Below are positions 49,996 through 58,961 of a DNA stretch of 64,000 bases, in pieces (the stretch's first letter is position 1; each line of letters starts with the position of its first letter). Source of the DNA: Parcubacteria group bacterium GW2011_GWA1_56_13. GTDB lineage: Bacteria > Patescibacteriota > Minisyncoccia > Phycocordibacterales > Phycocordibacteraceae. The stretch covers positions 24,830 through 88,829 of the forward strand of contig LCRY01000003.1 of the NCBI GenBank assembly GCA_001004905.1, given 5' to 3'. The position numbers and the translations under genes are program-made. Under the pieces are notes generated by a model. That model saw only the letters and a list, made by a program, of their open reading frames with translations, did not search any database and was not told where the DNA came from.

Positions 49996-50271
49996 ATGGA
50001 GAACAGCAAAGACCTGAGCAAGAAGAAACTCGTGCGCCGACTTCGGATAATCGAAGGGCAGGTGCGCGGGCTTGCCGCGATGATAGACAAGGGCGTCTAC
50101 TGCATTGACGTCATCGCGCAGACCTCGGCAGTGAAGCAGGGGCTCTCGAAAGTAGAGGATCTTCTTCTTGAAAATCATCTCCGGGGGTGCGTGCATGAAC
50201 AAATGACTTCCGGGCAGACGGGGAAAGCCGTAGAAGAAGTGCTGAAAGCGTATACACTGAAGAGAAAATAA
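49996..50271 (+). CDS. csoR: CsoR/RcnR-family metal-sensing transcriptional repressor.
   Basis: LVRRLRIIEGQVRGLAAMIDKGVYCIDVIAQTSAVKQGL...HLRGC, the C-H-C metal-ligand pattern. Immediately upstream of copA. Confidence 0.8.
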   Translation: MENSKDLSKKKLVRRLRIIEGQVRGLAAMIDKGVYCIDVIAQTSAVKQGLSKVEDLLLENHLRGCVHEQMTSGQTGKAVEEVLKAYTLKRK

Positions 50272-50273
50272 AG

Positions 50274-52820
50274 ATGCAGACGAAAACCTACAAGGTAGAG
50301 GGAATGCATTGCGCCAGCTGTGTCGCAGTCATAGAGCGCGTGCTCGGGAAAACCTCCGGTGTGCGTTCCGCCGCGGCAAATGCTGCCGCCGGAACCGTAA
50401 AGATAGAGTTTGACCCGCATGTTGTTTCCGAAGCGGACCTGGCGAAAGCCGTTGGTTCCGTCGGTTATCGCCTCGTCGTGCCCGACTATGCGCCCCGCAC
50501 GGCAAGCGCGGGCACGTTGGAGACCGTTTCAATGAAAGTGCTGGGCATGGACTCTCCCCATTGCGCGATGGTCGTTGACGGTGCATTGAAGAAACTGCCC
50601 GGCGTCAAGCAGACGGACTTAGACTTCGCGAATCAGCGGGCGAAAGTCGCTTTCGATCCGTCGCTGGTGCGGGTACAGCGCATATTCGACGTCATTCTCG
50701 ACGCCGGGTATAAACCGATAGCCGAGGAAGGCAAAGTGGAAGACCTGCTCGACCACGAGAAGGCCGAACGGAAAAAGCAATTGCGGGTCCTCACCACGAA
50801 GCTCGTTGTCGGCGGCATACTTGCCGTGCTCATATTCCTCGGCAGTTTTCCAGAATGGTTCTCGTTCGTGCCCGGCATTCTTGCCGACCGATGGGTGCTT
50901 CTTGTACTTACCACCCCGGTGCAATTCTGGGTCGGTTCCCAGTTCTACAGCGGCCTGCGGCTCCTCGTGAAGTACCGCACCGCCGATATGAACACGCTCA
51001 TCGCCATCGGCACGCTCGCGGCATACTTCTACAGCGCCGCCGTCACGGCCATCCCGTCGTATTTTGCGCAGGGAGGGCTCACGCCGGCGATCTATTTCGA
51101 TACATCCGCCATCATCATCGTGCTCATCCTGCTGGGGAAATACTTTGAAGCCCTCATGAAGGGGCGGGCCTCGGAAGCGATACAGAAGCTCATCGGGCTT
51201 CAGCCAAAAACCGCGAAGATAGTGCGGGAGGGGAAAGAAGTCGAGGTATCCATTGCGGACGTGCGCGTCGGGGATTTGGTGGTCGTGCGGCCCGGAGAGC
51301 GGATCCCGGTTGACGGCGCGATAACGGAAGGGGAATCCGAAATAGACGAATCAATGATCACTGGGGAATCAATGCCGGTCCATAAAAAAATCGGCAGCTC
51401 GGTCATCGGGAGTACGATAAACAAATACGGAACGTTCACGTTCAGGGCGACGAAGGTCGGCGCGGATACGGTGCTCTCGCGCATCATAAAAATGGTGGAG
51501 GATGCACAGGGTTCCAAAGCGCCTATACAGCGGCTTGCGGACTTCGTTTCCTCCTATTTCGTTCCCGCGGTCTTTGTCGTTGCGGTTCTTACCTTCGCGG
51601 CATGGTATTTCTTCAGCCCGGTTCCGAGTGTTACCTTCGCGCTGGTTAATTTCGTCGCCGTGCTCATTATTGCGTGCCCGTGCGCGCTCGGTCTCGCGAC
51701 CCCGATGGCCATCATGGTCGCGTCAGGAAACGCCGCCGGCAGGGGCATGCTGGTGAAGGACGCCGCTTCCCTTGAGATCGCCAACAAGATAAACGCGGTC
51801 ATCCTGGATAAAACGGGCACGCTCACGCAAGGGAAACCGCAATTGACCGACATTGTGGCGTTCGGCAACGGAAGCCAAACGGAGGTGCTCACCTTCGCCG
51901 TTTCCCTGGAACAGCGCTCCGAACACCCGCTCGCACAGGCAGTCTTGCAGTACGCGGCGAGCGTGGACCAGAGATCGTCGCACCCGCTCGATGCCGCGAT
52001 AGCGGCGGAAGCGAAGAGAGAGAAGATGCAGCCGTATGCGCTTGAGAATTTTGAGGCCATTCCGGGCAAAGGACTGCGGGGTACCTTGCGGGTCGGCCCC
52101 GCCTCCTCGCACATCGAGGCGTACCTCGGGAACCGGGCGCTTTTGGCGCATCTCGGCATTGCGCTTGCATCGTATGAAAGCGATATCCAGAAGCTGGAAC
52201 ACCAAGGGAAGACCGTTATGATTCTTGTCGCAGGCAAAAAGGTCATGGGCGCGCTTGCCATCGCCGACGTGCTGAAAGAAGAGTCCTTCCAGGTCGTACG
52301 CGCCCTTAAGGGGCAGGGTATCGAGGTTTGGATGCTTACCGGCGATAATGAACGCACTGCGCGGGCAATCGCGGAGCAGGCCGGTATAGATAATGTCATG
52401 AGCGAGGTTTTGCCGGAACAGAAGTCCCAGAAAGTGCGCGAACTACAGAACCAAGGGAAGATCGTAGCGATGGTCGGCGACGGCATCAATGACGCGCCCG
52501 CGCTCACTCAGGCGCATATCGGCATCGCGATGGGGGAAGGCACGGACATCGCGATGGAATCGGCGAACGTGACGCTCATGCGCGGTGACCTGCGGCTCAT
52601 CCCGGAGATCATCACGCTTTCAAAGCGCACGATGGTCATCATCAAGCAGAACTTGTTCTGGGCGTTCTTCTATAACATCGCGTTCATTCCGGTGGCCGCC
52701 GGGGCCTTGTATCCGTTCTTCGGCATCCTGCTGAATCCCATCTTCGCGGGTGTTGCGATGGCGTTCTCCAGCATTTCAGTCGTAGGAAACTCACTTCGCC
52801 TAAGGACAAGTGTGCTATGA
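50274..52820 (+). CDS. copA: Copper-translocating P1B-type ATPase with two N-terminal heavy-metal-associated domains.
   Basis: GMHCASC (HMA1). A degenerate HMA2 (GMDSPHC). CPC in TM6; DKTGTLT; GDGINDAP; 848 aa. Confidence 0.95.
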   Translation: MQTKTYKVEGMHCASCVAVIERVLGKTSGVRSAAANAAAGTVKIEFDPHVVSEADLAKAVGSVGYRLVVPDYAPRTASAGTLETVSMKVLGMDSPHCAMVVDGALKKLPGVKQTDLDFANQRAKVAFDPSLVRVQRIFDVILDAGYKPIAEEGKVEDLLDHEKAERKKQLRVLTTKLVVGGILAVLIFLGSFPEWFSFVPGILADRWVLLVLTTPVQFWVGSQFYSGLRLLVKYRTADMNTLIAIGTLAAYFYSAAVTAIPSYFAQGGLTPAIYFDTSAIIIVLILLGKYFEALMKGRASEAIQKLIGLQPKTAKIVREGKEVEVSIADVRVGDLVVVRPGERIPVDGAITEGESEIDESMITGESMPVHKKIGSSVIGSTINKYGTFTFRATKVGADTVLSRIIKMVEDAQGSKAPIQRLADFVSSYFVPAVFVVAVLTFAAWYFFSPVPSVTFALVNFVAVLIIACPCALGLATPMAIMVASGNAAGRGMLVKDAASLEIANKINAVILDKTGTLTQGKPQLTDIVAFGNGSQTEVLTFAVSLEQRSEHPLAQAVLQYAASVDQRSSHPLDAAIAAEAKREKMQPYALENFEAIPGKGLRGTLRVGPASSHIEAYLGNRALLAHLGIALASYESDIQKLEHQGKTVMILVAGKKVMGALAIADVLKEESFQVVRALKGQGIEVWMLTGDNERTARAIAEQAGIDNVMSEVLPEQKSQKVRELQNQGKIVAMVGDGINDAPALTQAHIGIAMGEGTDIAMESANVTLMRGDLRLIPEIITLSKRTMVIIKQNLFWAFFYNIAFIPVAAGALYPFFGILLNPIFAGVAMAFSSISVVGNSLRLRTSVL

Positions 52821-53242
52821 TGAAGGCCATGGTTCCTCTTCCGGCAAAAATTATAGCGCCATTCGTTCTCCTGTCATTTTTGACGCTGGCATTCTTCGGT
52901 TTCACCGGCATGTCGTACGGCTCCAACGGACAGATGCAAGGGGACTGCCCGTTTTCCGCGGTGGGAACGTCGCTGTGCCCCCCGAGCGCCCTGCCGGGCG
53001 CGCTACACCATCTCTCCGCATACCAGTCGTTCTTGAACGTGCCGGTGGGTTCCGCGTTCGCCGCGCTCATCATCGGACTGCTCCTCATCGCCTTCGGCCT
53101 TTTGGCATACCGCATCCAGCCGCGCATACTCCCTGTTTCCGCGCGCGGCGCATACTGCACTCACGATCCCCCGGTCTCAGCCCGCACGTGGAAACTGACG
53201 CGCTGGCTCTCTCTTCTTGAGAACAGTCCCGCTCCGCTCTAA
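52817..53242 (+). CDS. Hypothetical membrane protein overlapping the copA stop.
   Basis: Two TM helices flank a Cys/Pro-containing loop (GDCPFSAVGTSLCPPS). 4-nt overlap with copA. Confidence 0.35.
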   Translation: MMKAMVPLPAKIIAPFVLLSFLTLAFFGFTGMSYGSNGQMQGDCPFSAVGTSLCPPSALPGALHHLSAYQSFLNVPVGSAFAALIIGLLLIAFGLLAYRIQPRILPVSARGAYCTHDPPVSARTWKLTRWLSLLENSPAPL

Positions 53243-53339
53243 GAGCACTTAGGAGGCGATCCGCTTTTTGAGTGCTCCCGCTCGCGCCCGTTCGCGAGTC
53301 GTTTGATGTGCGTTCTATAAAACCCCTAATCTCATCACC

Positions 53340-53849
53340 ATGAAATCAATCAGCATCATCTCCATTGTGCTCGTCATCCTCCTCGGGCTTTTCCTATGGG
53401 GATACGGCGGCAGCAAAGGGACCACAGCGTCAGTTCAGGGAGTCACCCAAACGCCCGCATCGGCAAGCGAGCTCACCGCGGCGGAAACCCTCTACGACTT
53501 CGGCACTATCTCAATGAAAGACGGCAATGTCACGAAGGACTTCACGGTGGAAAACACAACCAGCAAAGATATCGTGCTTTCCACGGTGGTCACGTCATGC
53601 ATGTGCACCACCGCGTACGTCGTCGGACCGGATGAGAAAACGAAAGGACCGTTCGGTATGCCGGGCATGGGCTATACGCCTCCGGTAAATGAGGTCATGA
53701 AATCGGGAGAAACTCGGACGGTTCGCGTCGTCTATGACCCGAACGCGCACGGGCCTGCGGGCGTCGGCCGGATCGACCGGTTCGTCACGATCACCGACGC
53801 TACGGGAGGCACTCTAGAACTTGAGGTGAAGGCGCTTGTAACTCCGTAG
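53340..53849 (+). CDS. DUF1573-domain secreted protein.
   Basis: Signal/anchor, then ...TSCMCTT... matching the DUF1573 conserved Cys-x-Cys region. Confidence 0.55.
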   Translation: MKSISIISIVLVILLGLFLWGYGGSKGTTASVQGVTQTPASASELTAAETLYDFGTISMKDGNVTKDFTVENTTSKDIVLSTVVTSCMCTTAYVVGPDEKTKGPFGMPGMGYTPPVNEVMKSGETRTVRVVYDPNAHGPAGVGRIDRFVTITDATGGTLELEVKALVTP

Positions 53850-53871
53850 TCGTGGCGCATCCCATTGAACC

Positions 53872-54651
53872 ATGAAGCGTCTTCTCATTATCGCCGGCAT
53901 CGTCGGGGCGTTCATTCTTGCGGTTATCGCACTGAAATTCAGTCCCGTGACAGCATCACTCATGTGGAATATGAGCCAGGGCGGAGCATGGCTCCTGCCC
54001 CTGGTACTCGTGTCATCGCTTCTCGACAGCGTGCACCCGTGCTCGTTCTCCATCCTGCTCATCACCATCGCGTTCCTCTTCGGTTTGCAGATGACGCGAA
54101 AAAAGATACTGCAGCTGGGGGGCCTGTATATCGCAGGCATCTTCGCAGCGTACCTCCTCATCGGGCTCGGCATCCTGAAGGTGCTGCACCTCTTCAATAC
54201 GCCGCATTTTATGGGGAAGCTCGGCGCGGCGCTTCTCATCATATTCGGCGTCATCAATCTGCTGAACCGGTTCTTCCCGAATATGCCCATTAAACTCGTT
54301 CTGCCCTCCGTGGCCCATCGCCCGATGGCGGCGCTACTCGAGAAAACGTCCGCTGTCGCCGCGTTCGGACTCGGTGCTCTGGTCGGCATCTGCCAGTTCC
54401 CCTGCATGGGCGGCCCGTACCTCATGGTCATCGGCCTCCTGCACGACCAGGTCACATACCTCGCGGGATTCTGGTATCTTTTCCTCTACAATCTCGTCCT
54501 CATCGTTCCGCTCGCGCTCGTCCTGTGGGTCGCGGCGGACAAACTGATGGTGGAAAAGATGCAGGAATGGAAGCTTGCGCACATCGGGCGGGTGCGTCTC
54601 ATCGCAGGCATCGCGATGATACTTATCGGCGTGCTTATCCTCGTCATCTAA
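53872..54651 (+). CDS. ccdA: CcdA/DsbD-like transmembrane thiol-disulfide electron transporter.
   Basis: Six TM helices with one Cys in TM1 (VHPCSF) and one in TM4 (FPCMGGPY), the CcdA arrangement. Confidence 0.6.
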   Translation: MKRLLIIAGIVGAFILAVIALKFSPVTASLMWNMSQGGAWLLPLVLVSSLLDSVHPCSFSILLITIAFLFGLQMTRKKILQLGGLYIAGIFAAYLLIGLGILKVLHLFNTPHFMGKLGAALLIIFGVINLLNRFFPNMPIKLVLPSVAHRPMAALLEKTSAVAAFGLGALVGICQFPCMGGPYLMVIGLLHDQVTYLAGFWYLFLYNLVLIVPLALVLWVAADKLMVEKMQEWKLAHIGRVRLIAGIAMILIGVLILVI

Positions 54652-54655
54652 GCCC

Positions 54656-55090
54656 ATGATCATTCTCGCCACTCTCATCTCGATTCTTGGTGTTACCGCG
54701 CTTGTGTGGCTTGCGAGCCGGTTCCTCCCGCTTACCGTGTGCCCGATCTGCGCGGGTGTATTTCTCACCTGGGTGGGGCTCCTCGTCGCATACCTCTTGG
54801 ACTACCCGATCCCGCAACTTATTCCCGCACTCCTTATGGGCGGATCGGTGGTCGGCGTCACCTCCCTTATGGAGAAGAGATTCACCGGTCCGGCGGGCAC
54901 GCTCCTTACATGGAAGACGTTCTTCATTGTGGCGGGATTCCTCGCTGCATACGCCGTCCTCGAGCGGCTTTGGGGCGTGTTCGTCGGCGCGGCCGCGTTC
55001 CTCATCGTGATATCGTTCGTATTGCTCATGTCCTCGAACCGTGCGGGCGCGGCCGTCGATATCGAGAAACAAATGAAGGATTGCTGCTAG
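54656..55090 (+). CDS. Four-TM membrane protein with a CPIC motif and a C-terminal CC (possible DsbB/VKOR-like oxidoreductase).
   Basis: TVCPICAGV at the edge of TM1-2; terminal KDCC. No firm family assignment. Confidence 0.4.
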   Translation: MIILATLISILGVTALVWLASRFLPLTVCPICAGVFLTWVGLLVAYLLDYPIPQLIPALLMGGSVVGVTSLMEKRFTGPAGTLLTWKTFFIVAGFLAAYAVLERLWGVFVGAAAFLIVISFVLLMSSNRAGAAVDIEKQMKDCC

Positions 55091-55100
55091 CCAACTCGCT

Positions 55101-55994
55101 ATGGAAACCTCATCACACACGCTAGCGGACACCATTCGGCACTATTCCACGCCGCTTAGCATCATTGCCGCCGGCGCGCTCGTCGCGATGGCGATACAGT
55201 ACGCGCCGCCGCCGGGCAGTACGGCGCCGGCGCAAGCGACCGAACTGGAAGAGTCGGTTTTGCCGCCTGCGGGAGTAGTATTGCCAATCACTTGGGGCGA
55301 TCTCGGGGCGCGATTGGCGGAAGTTGGCGCGATCGATGTGGCGAAATTGGAAGCGCTGTATAAGGAGCGCGGAGGATTCTCGTCCGAGTACCGGAAATTA
55401 CTGGAGAAAAACGCAAACGATGCCATCGTCATCACGAGCTGGAACGCGGGATATCTCCTCAACCTTTTCTGGGCGCTCGGACTTGCGAATAAAAATCCGA
55501 TCCTGGAAGACGCTTCGGAAATGCTGAATCCGGTCTATGAAGGCGCTGGCAATTTCGCGTCAACGGGCGGTTGGACGCTCGCGAACGGCAGTGCGATGAG
55601 CCACTACAACATGCACGCGCTCGTGCTGCTTACCGCAGAACAGCAGGCGCTCGTTGACCGCGTGTCGCGCAACATCTTCCGGCCCTGTTGCGGCAATTCG
55701 ACGCACTTCCCGGACTGCAACCACGGCATGGCCATGCTCGGTCTTCTCGAGCTCATGGCGTCGCAGGGCGTGAGCGAAGAGGACATGTACAAGATGGCAC
55801 TCGCGGTGAATTCCTACTGGTTCCCAGATACGTACCTCACCATCGCAAGGTATATGCAACAGCGGAATGTCGCCTGGAAAGACGTCTCGCCGAAGGACGT
55901 GCTCGGCGCGAAGTATTCAAGCGCTTCCGGTTTCGCGAATATCTCCTCGCAAGTAACAGGATCGCCGCAGGGCGGCGGGGGATGTTCGGCATAA
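55101..55994 (+). CDS. Hypothetical membrane-anchored Cys-rich protein (possible metal-binding).
   Basis: N-terminal TM helix; central PCCGNSTHFPDCNHG motif; terminal GGGGCS. Confidence 0.4.
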   Translation: METSSHTLADTIRHYSTPLSIIAAGALVAMAIQYAPPPGSTAPAQATELEESVLPPAGVVLPITWGDLGARLAEVGAIDVAKLEALYKERGGFSSEYRKLLEKNANDAIVITSWNAGYLLNLFWALGLANKNPILEDASEMLNPVYEGAGNFASTGGWTLANGSAMSHYNMHALVLLTAEQQALVDRVSRNIFRPCCGNSTHFPDCNHGMAMLGLLELMASQGVSEEDMYKMALAVNSYWFPDTYLTIARYMQQRNVAWKDVSPKDVLGAKYSSASGFANISSQVTGSPQGGGGCSA

Positions 55995-56393
55995 CCAGGT
56001 TCGTCCGTAATGGGCCGGGTACGGTATATACTAAAGGAGTTAATAACCAACGCTATGATCAACACACAACACCTTCTGAAAGTAACGGCAGTGTGGGTAA
56101 GTATCGTGGACATCATCTGTTTCGCGGGAGTGGCACTGTTCCCGAACATCCGGCCGGCATTCATGCTGTATGGGCTTCATACCACGACCAGCTTGGGCGA
56201 GAATGTCATGACACTCACGACATTCGTTTCCGGTCTCGTGATATGGAACGTCATCGCATTTCTTGCGGTTGGATTGTTCGCTTATTTGTTCAATCGAATG
56301 CACGCTTAACGTCGCCGGAGTGGCAATAGATAACATTCCCTTCGGTCTGTGCGGGTCCGGTGTGTGGTGCCTGAACGAATGCCGAAAACGACT

Positions 56394-57086
56394 ATGCAAT
56401 ACATTTGGCTCGTGTGGAGCTTGGCGCTTATCGCAATTTGGCTCGTTATTTACGCTCTGCTCGACACGCAGGAGAGAAAGAGAGAAATGCTTATTGTCAG
56501 CATATGGACGGCGCTTCTCGGCGTCACGGAACCGTTTTTCGTCCCGCTGTATTGGGCGCCGCCGTCATTGTTCGATCTTGCCCTGCGAACCGGGTTCGAT
56601 ATTGAAAGTTTTCTTTTTTCCTTCGGCATAGGGGGGATTGCGGTCGTCCTCTATGGCATGTTTTTTAGGAATCGTTGCGCTCCCGTATCGGCGAACGAGC
56701 GTCACCGGTCCCGTCACCGCTACCATTGGTGGGCTATCGTATCATCTCCGGTCATTTTCATCGTTCTGTTTTTTGCGACCGCGCTGAATCCGATCTATTC
56801 GGCGATAATCGCTATGACGGTGGGGGGTGTTGCCGCATTGCGCTGCCGACCGGACTTAAAAAAGAAAATGGCAACAAGCGCTCTTTTGTTTTTAGGGCTC
56901 TATTTCGTTTATTTTCAGGTGCTCATCATTCTTTCACCCGGGTATGTCGAACGGGTCTGGAACATGGAAGCCCTTTCAGGCGTCCTGATCGCGGGAATAC
57001 CTCTTGAAGAGCTTCTATTCGCGGTCAGCTTCGGCTTTTTCTGGTCAAGCATTTACGAACACATCGCGTGGAAGAAGTTAAATTAG
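56394..57086 (+). CDS. Lycopene-cyclase-domain-like membrane protein (CrtYcd-type repeat).
   Basis: Two internal repeats, each ending in a P-x-E-E-like charged motif within TM helices (IPLEELLFAVSFGFF). Start ambiguous; ATG at 56394. Confidence 0.45.
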   Translation: MQYIWLVWSLALIAIWLVIYALLDTQERKREMLIVSIWTALLGVTEPFFVPLYWAPPSLFDLALRTGFDIESFLFSFGIGGIAVVLYGMFFRNRCAPVSANERHRSRHRYHWWAIVSSPVIFIVLFFATALNPIYSAIIAMTVGGVAALRCRPDLKKKMATSALLFLGLYFVYFQVLIILSPGYVERVWNMEALSGVLIAGIPLEELLFAVSFGFFWSSIYEHIAWKKLN

Positions 57087-57138
57087 CGGGTGTATAATCA
57101 TCGTACAGTAGTCGCATTATCGGTAACCAAAAACTAAC

Positions 57139-57279
57139 ATGATGGGATACGGGACAACATATGGGTATGGCTCAATGATGGCAGGGTTCGGCTCGTTCGG
57201 ACTCATCACATGGCTCGTCATCCTCGTCGACCTCGTTTTGGTCGGCATCTGGCTCTGGCAGCAGATAACAAAGAAGTAG
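57139..57279 (+). CDS. Small ORF (46 aa) encoding a GYG-repeat N-terminus plus a single TM helix.
   Basis: MMGYGTTYGYGSMMAGFGSFGLITWLVILVDLVLVGIWLWQQITKK. Below the ORF-track cutoff; lies in an intergenic gap. Confidence 0.3.
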   Translation: MMGYGTTYGYGSMMAGFGSFGLITWLVILVDLVLVGIWLWQQITKK

Positions 57280-57295
57280 GACAGGTTCCGGGCGG

Positions 57296-58300
57296 CTACG
57301 AGACGATATTCGTCGGGGAGCCCGCCTCGAATTTCCGTATATTGTCCACGGTGGCGTCGAGGATGCGCTCGACGGCTTCTGTTGTGTTGAATGCCGTGTG
57401 CGGCGTCACGATGACGCGCGGATGCCGGATAAGATAGTGATTCTCAAGCGCCAGTTTCAGTCCCTCCTTGTTCGGGTGGGGAGCCGTGAGAAGCGCCGTT
57501 TCATCGGAAAGCGTTCCTTCTTCCTCAAGCACGTCCAATCCTGCGCCGGCGAGCGTGCCATTCTGAAGCGCGTCAATCAAGGCCTGCGTTTCCACCACTG
57601 CGCCGCGCGATGTATTGATGAGATACGCTCCTTTCTTCAGGAAATCGACATTTTCCCGATTGATGAGGTGGTGCGTGTGTTTGTTGTAGGGGACATGCAG
57701 GGAAACGATATCGGATGCCGCCAAGAGCTCGGGGAGCTCCGCATAGGAAAAGGCGTGTGTCCGGGCGAGCTCGTCATCGCGGCGCACGTCGAATCCGAGG
57801 ACATTCATTCCGAAGCCGTTCGCCATGCGGATGGCGTGGATACCGATGTGGCCGCAGCCGACGATACCGATCGTTTTTCCCGCGAGATCAAAGCCGCGCA
57901 GATTGTCATGCGAAAAAGTGCCGGTCTCGCGCACGCGCTCGTCGGCGTCGATGACCCGCCGGGAAAGCGCGAGGAGGAGCGCGAAGGCGAATTCAGCAAC
58001 GGTGTGCTCGCCGTAATACGGGACATTCGCCACCACAACGCCTCGTGCAGCGGCCGCCTTAAGATCAATATGGTCAAACCCCGTTGAGCGGGTCGCGATG
58101 AGTTTCAGTCCCGGGAACCGCTTGAGCTCGTCCGCACCGATGCGCGACTCGATGAACGTGCACAAAACCTCCGTATCTGCGTCCGACAGGTCCTTGAATG
58201 TAGCAAGGGGACCCGCATGAAAGAAGATGTCTTCATTCGGAAGCTTCGCGCGCACATACGACTCCTCCCACAGTTCTCCCGAGAAATAACGGATTTTCAT
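57296..58300 (-). CDS. D-isomer-specific 2-hydroxyacid dehydrogenase (NAD-dependent).
   Basis: GxGxxG NAD motif (IGIVGCGHIGIH); catalytic R/E/H triad region; 334 aa. Confidence 0.88.
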   Translation of the reverse strand: MKIRYFSGELWEESYVRAKLPNEDIFFHAGPLATFKDLSDADTEVLCTFIESRIGADELKRFPGLKLIATRSTGFDHIDLKAAAARGVVVANVPYYGEHTVAEFAFALLLALSRRVIDADERVRETGTFSHDNLRGFDLAGKTIGIVGCGHIGIHAIRMANGFGMNVLGFDVRRDDELARTHAFSYAELPELLAASDIVSLHVPYNKHTHHLINRENVDFLKKGAYLINTSRGAVVETQALIDALQNGTLAGAGLDVLEEEGTLSDETALLTAPHPNKEGLKLALENHYLIRHPRVIVTPHTAFNTTEAVERILDATVDNIRKFEAGSPTNIVS

Positions 58301-58319
58301 GCGGCAACCGGGACCGGCG

Positions 58320-58931
58320 TCAGAATCGTTGCGAATAAAACTTCCGTTTCAGATACGGTCTCACGTAGCGGTCGAGACCCCAATGACCGGCGACGCGCCG
58401 GGCACTCATGAGGGCGAGCGCGAGTACCATGAGCGTAGGATTGACGCTTACCGTGCCGGCGAGCAGGAAGTTGAGATTCATGAAGAAGCCGAAGAAGGCG
58501 GCGGTGCCGACAAAGAGCCCGGCAAGAAGCCCGAGGCCGACAAGCACTTCGCCGACGGCGATGGCGTTCGACCAAGAAACGAGGTGGGGAAGTACGGCAC
58601 CCTTCAAAAACGCGGCGTACCACATTTGGACATCAGGGTGGCATGCCGCCCCCGGCTGACAGAATTCCGCCGTCTTGCGGAGCGCCCCCTGGATAAAGCC
58701 GTTCATCGCGGCCCCGGCGCCGCTGCCGAACCATGCCGGATTGGTCACTTTTTCCCATCCGGCGATGAGCCACTCGTAGCCGACATAGAGGCGCACGAGG
58801 AACCAGAACGGAGCGCTTTTCGCGCTGGCGAGGAAAAAATGAGAGAACCGCGACTGCTCTAATGTGTAGTTGGGCATGCTGTTATAGTAGGGCAGATGGA
58901 AAAAAGCGAAAGCGGCGCCTGGGGAATACAT
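58320..58931 (-). CDS. DoxX-family membrane protein.
   Basis: Four TM helices with DoxX-like W/G-rich segments (YVGYEWLIAGWEK). Confidence 0.55.
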   Translation of the reverse strand: MYSPGAAFAFFHLPYYNSMPNYTLEQSRFSHFFLASAKSAPFWFLVRLYVGYEWLIAGWEKVTNPAWFGSGAGAAMNGFIQGALRKTAEFCQPGAACHPDVQMWYAAFLKGAVLPHLVSWSNAIAVGEVLVGLGLLAGLFVGTAAFFGFFMNLNFLLAGTVSVNPTLMVLALALMSARRVAGHWGLDRYVRPYLKRKFYSQRF

Positions 58932-58961
58932 ACCCTCGAGTCATGTATCGACCGCACCACG

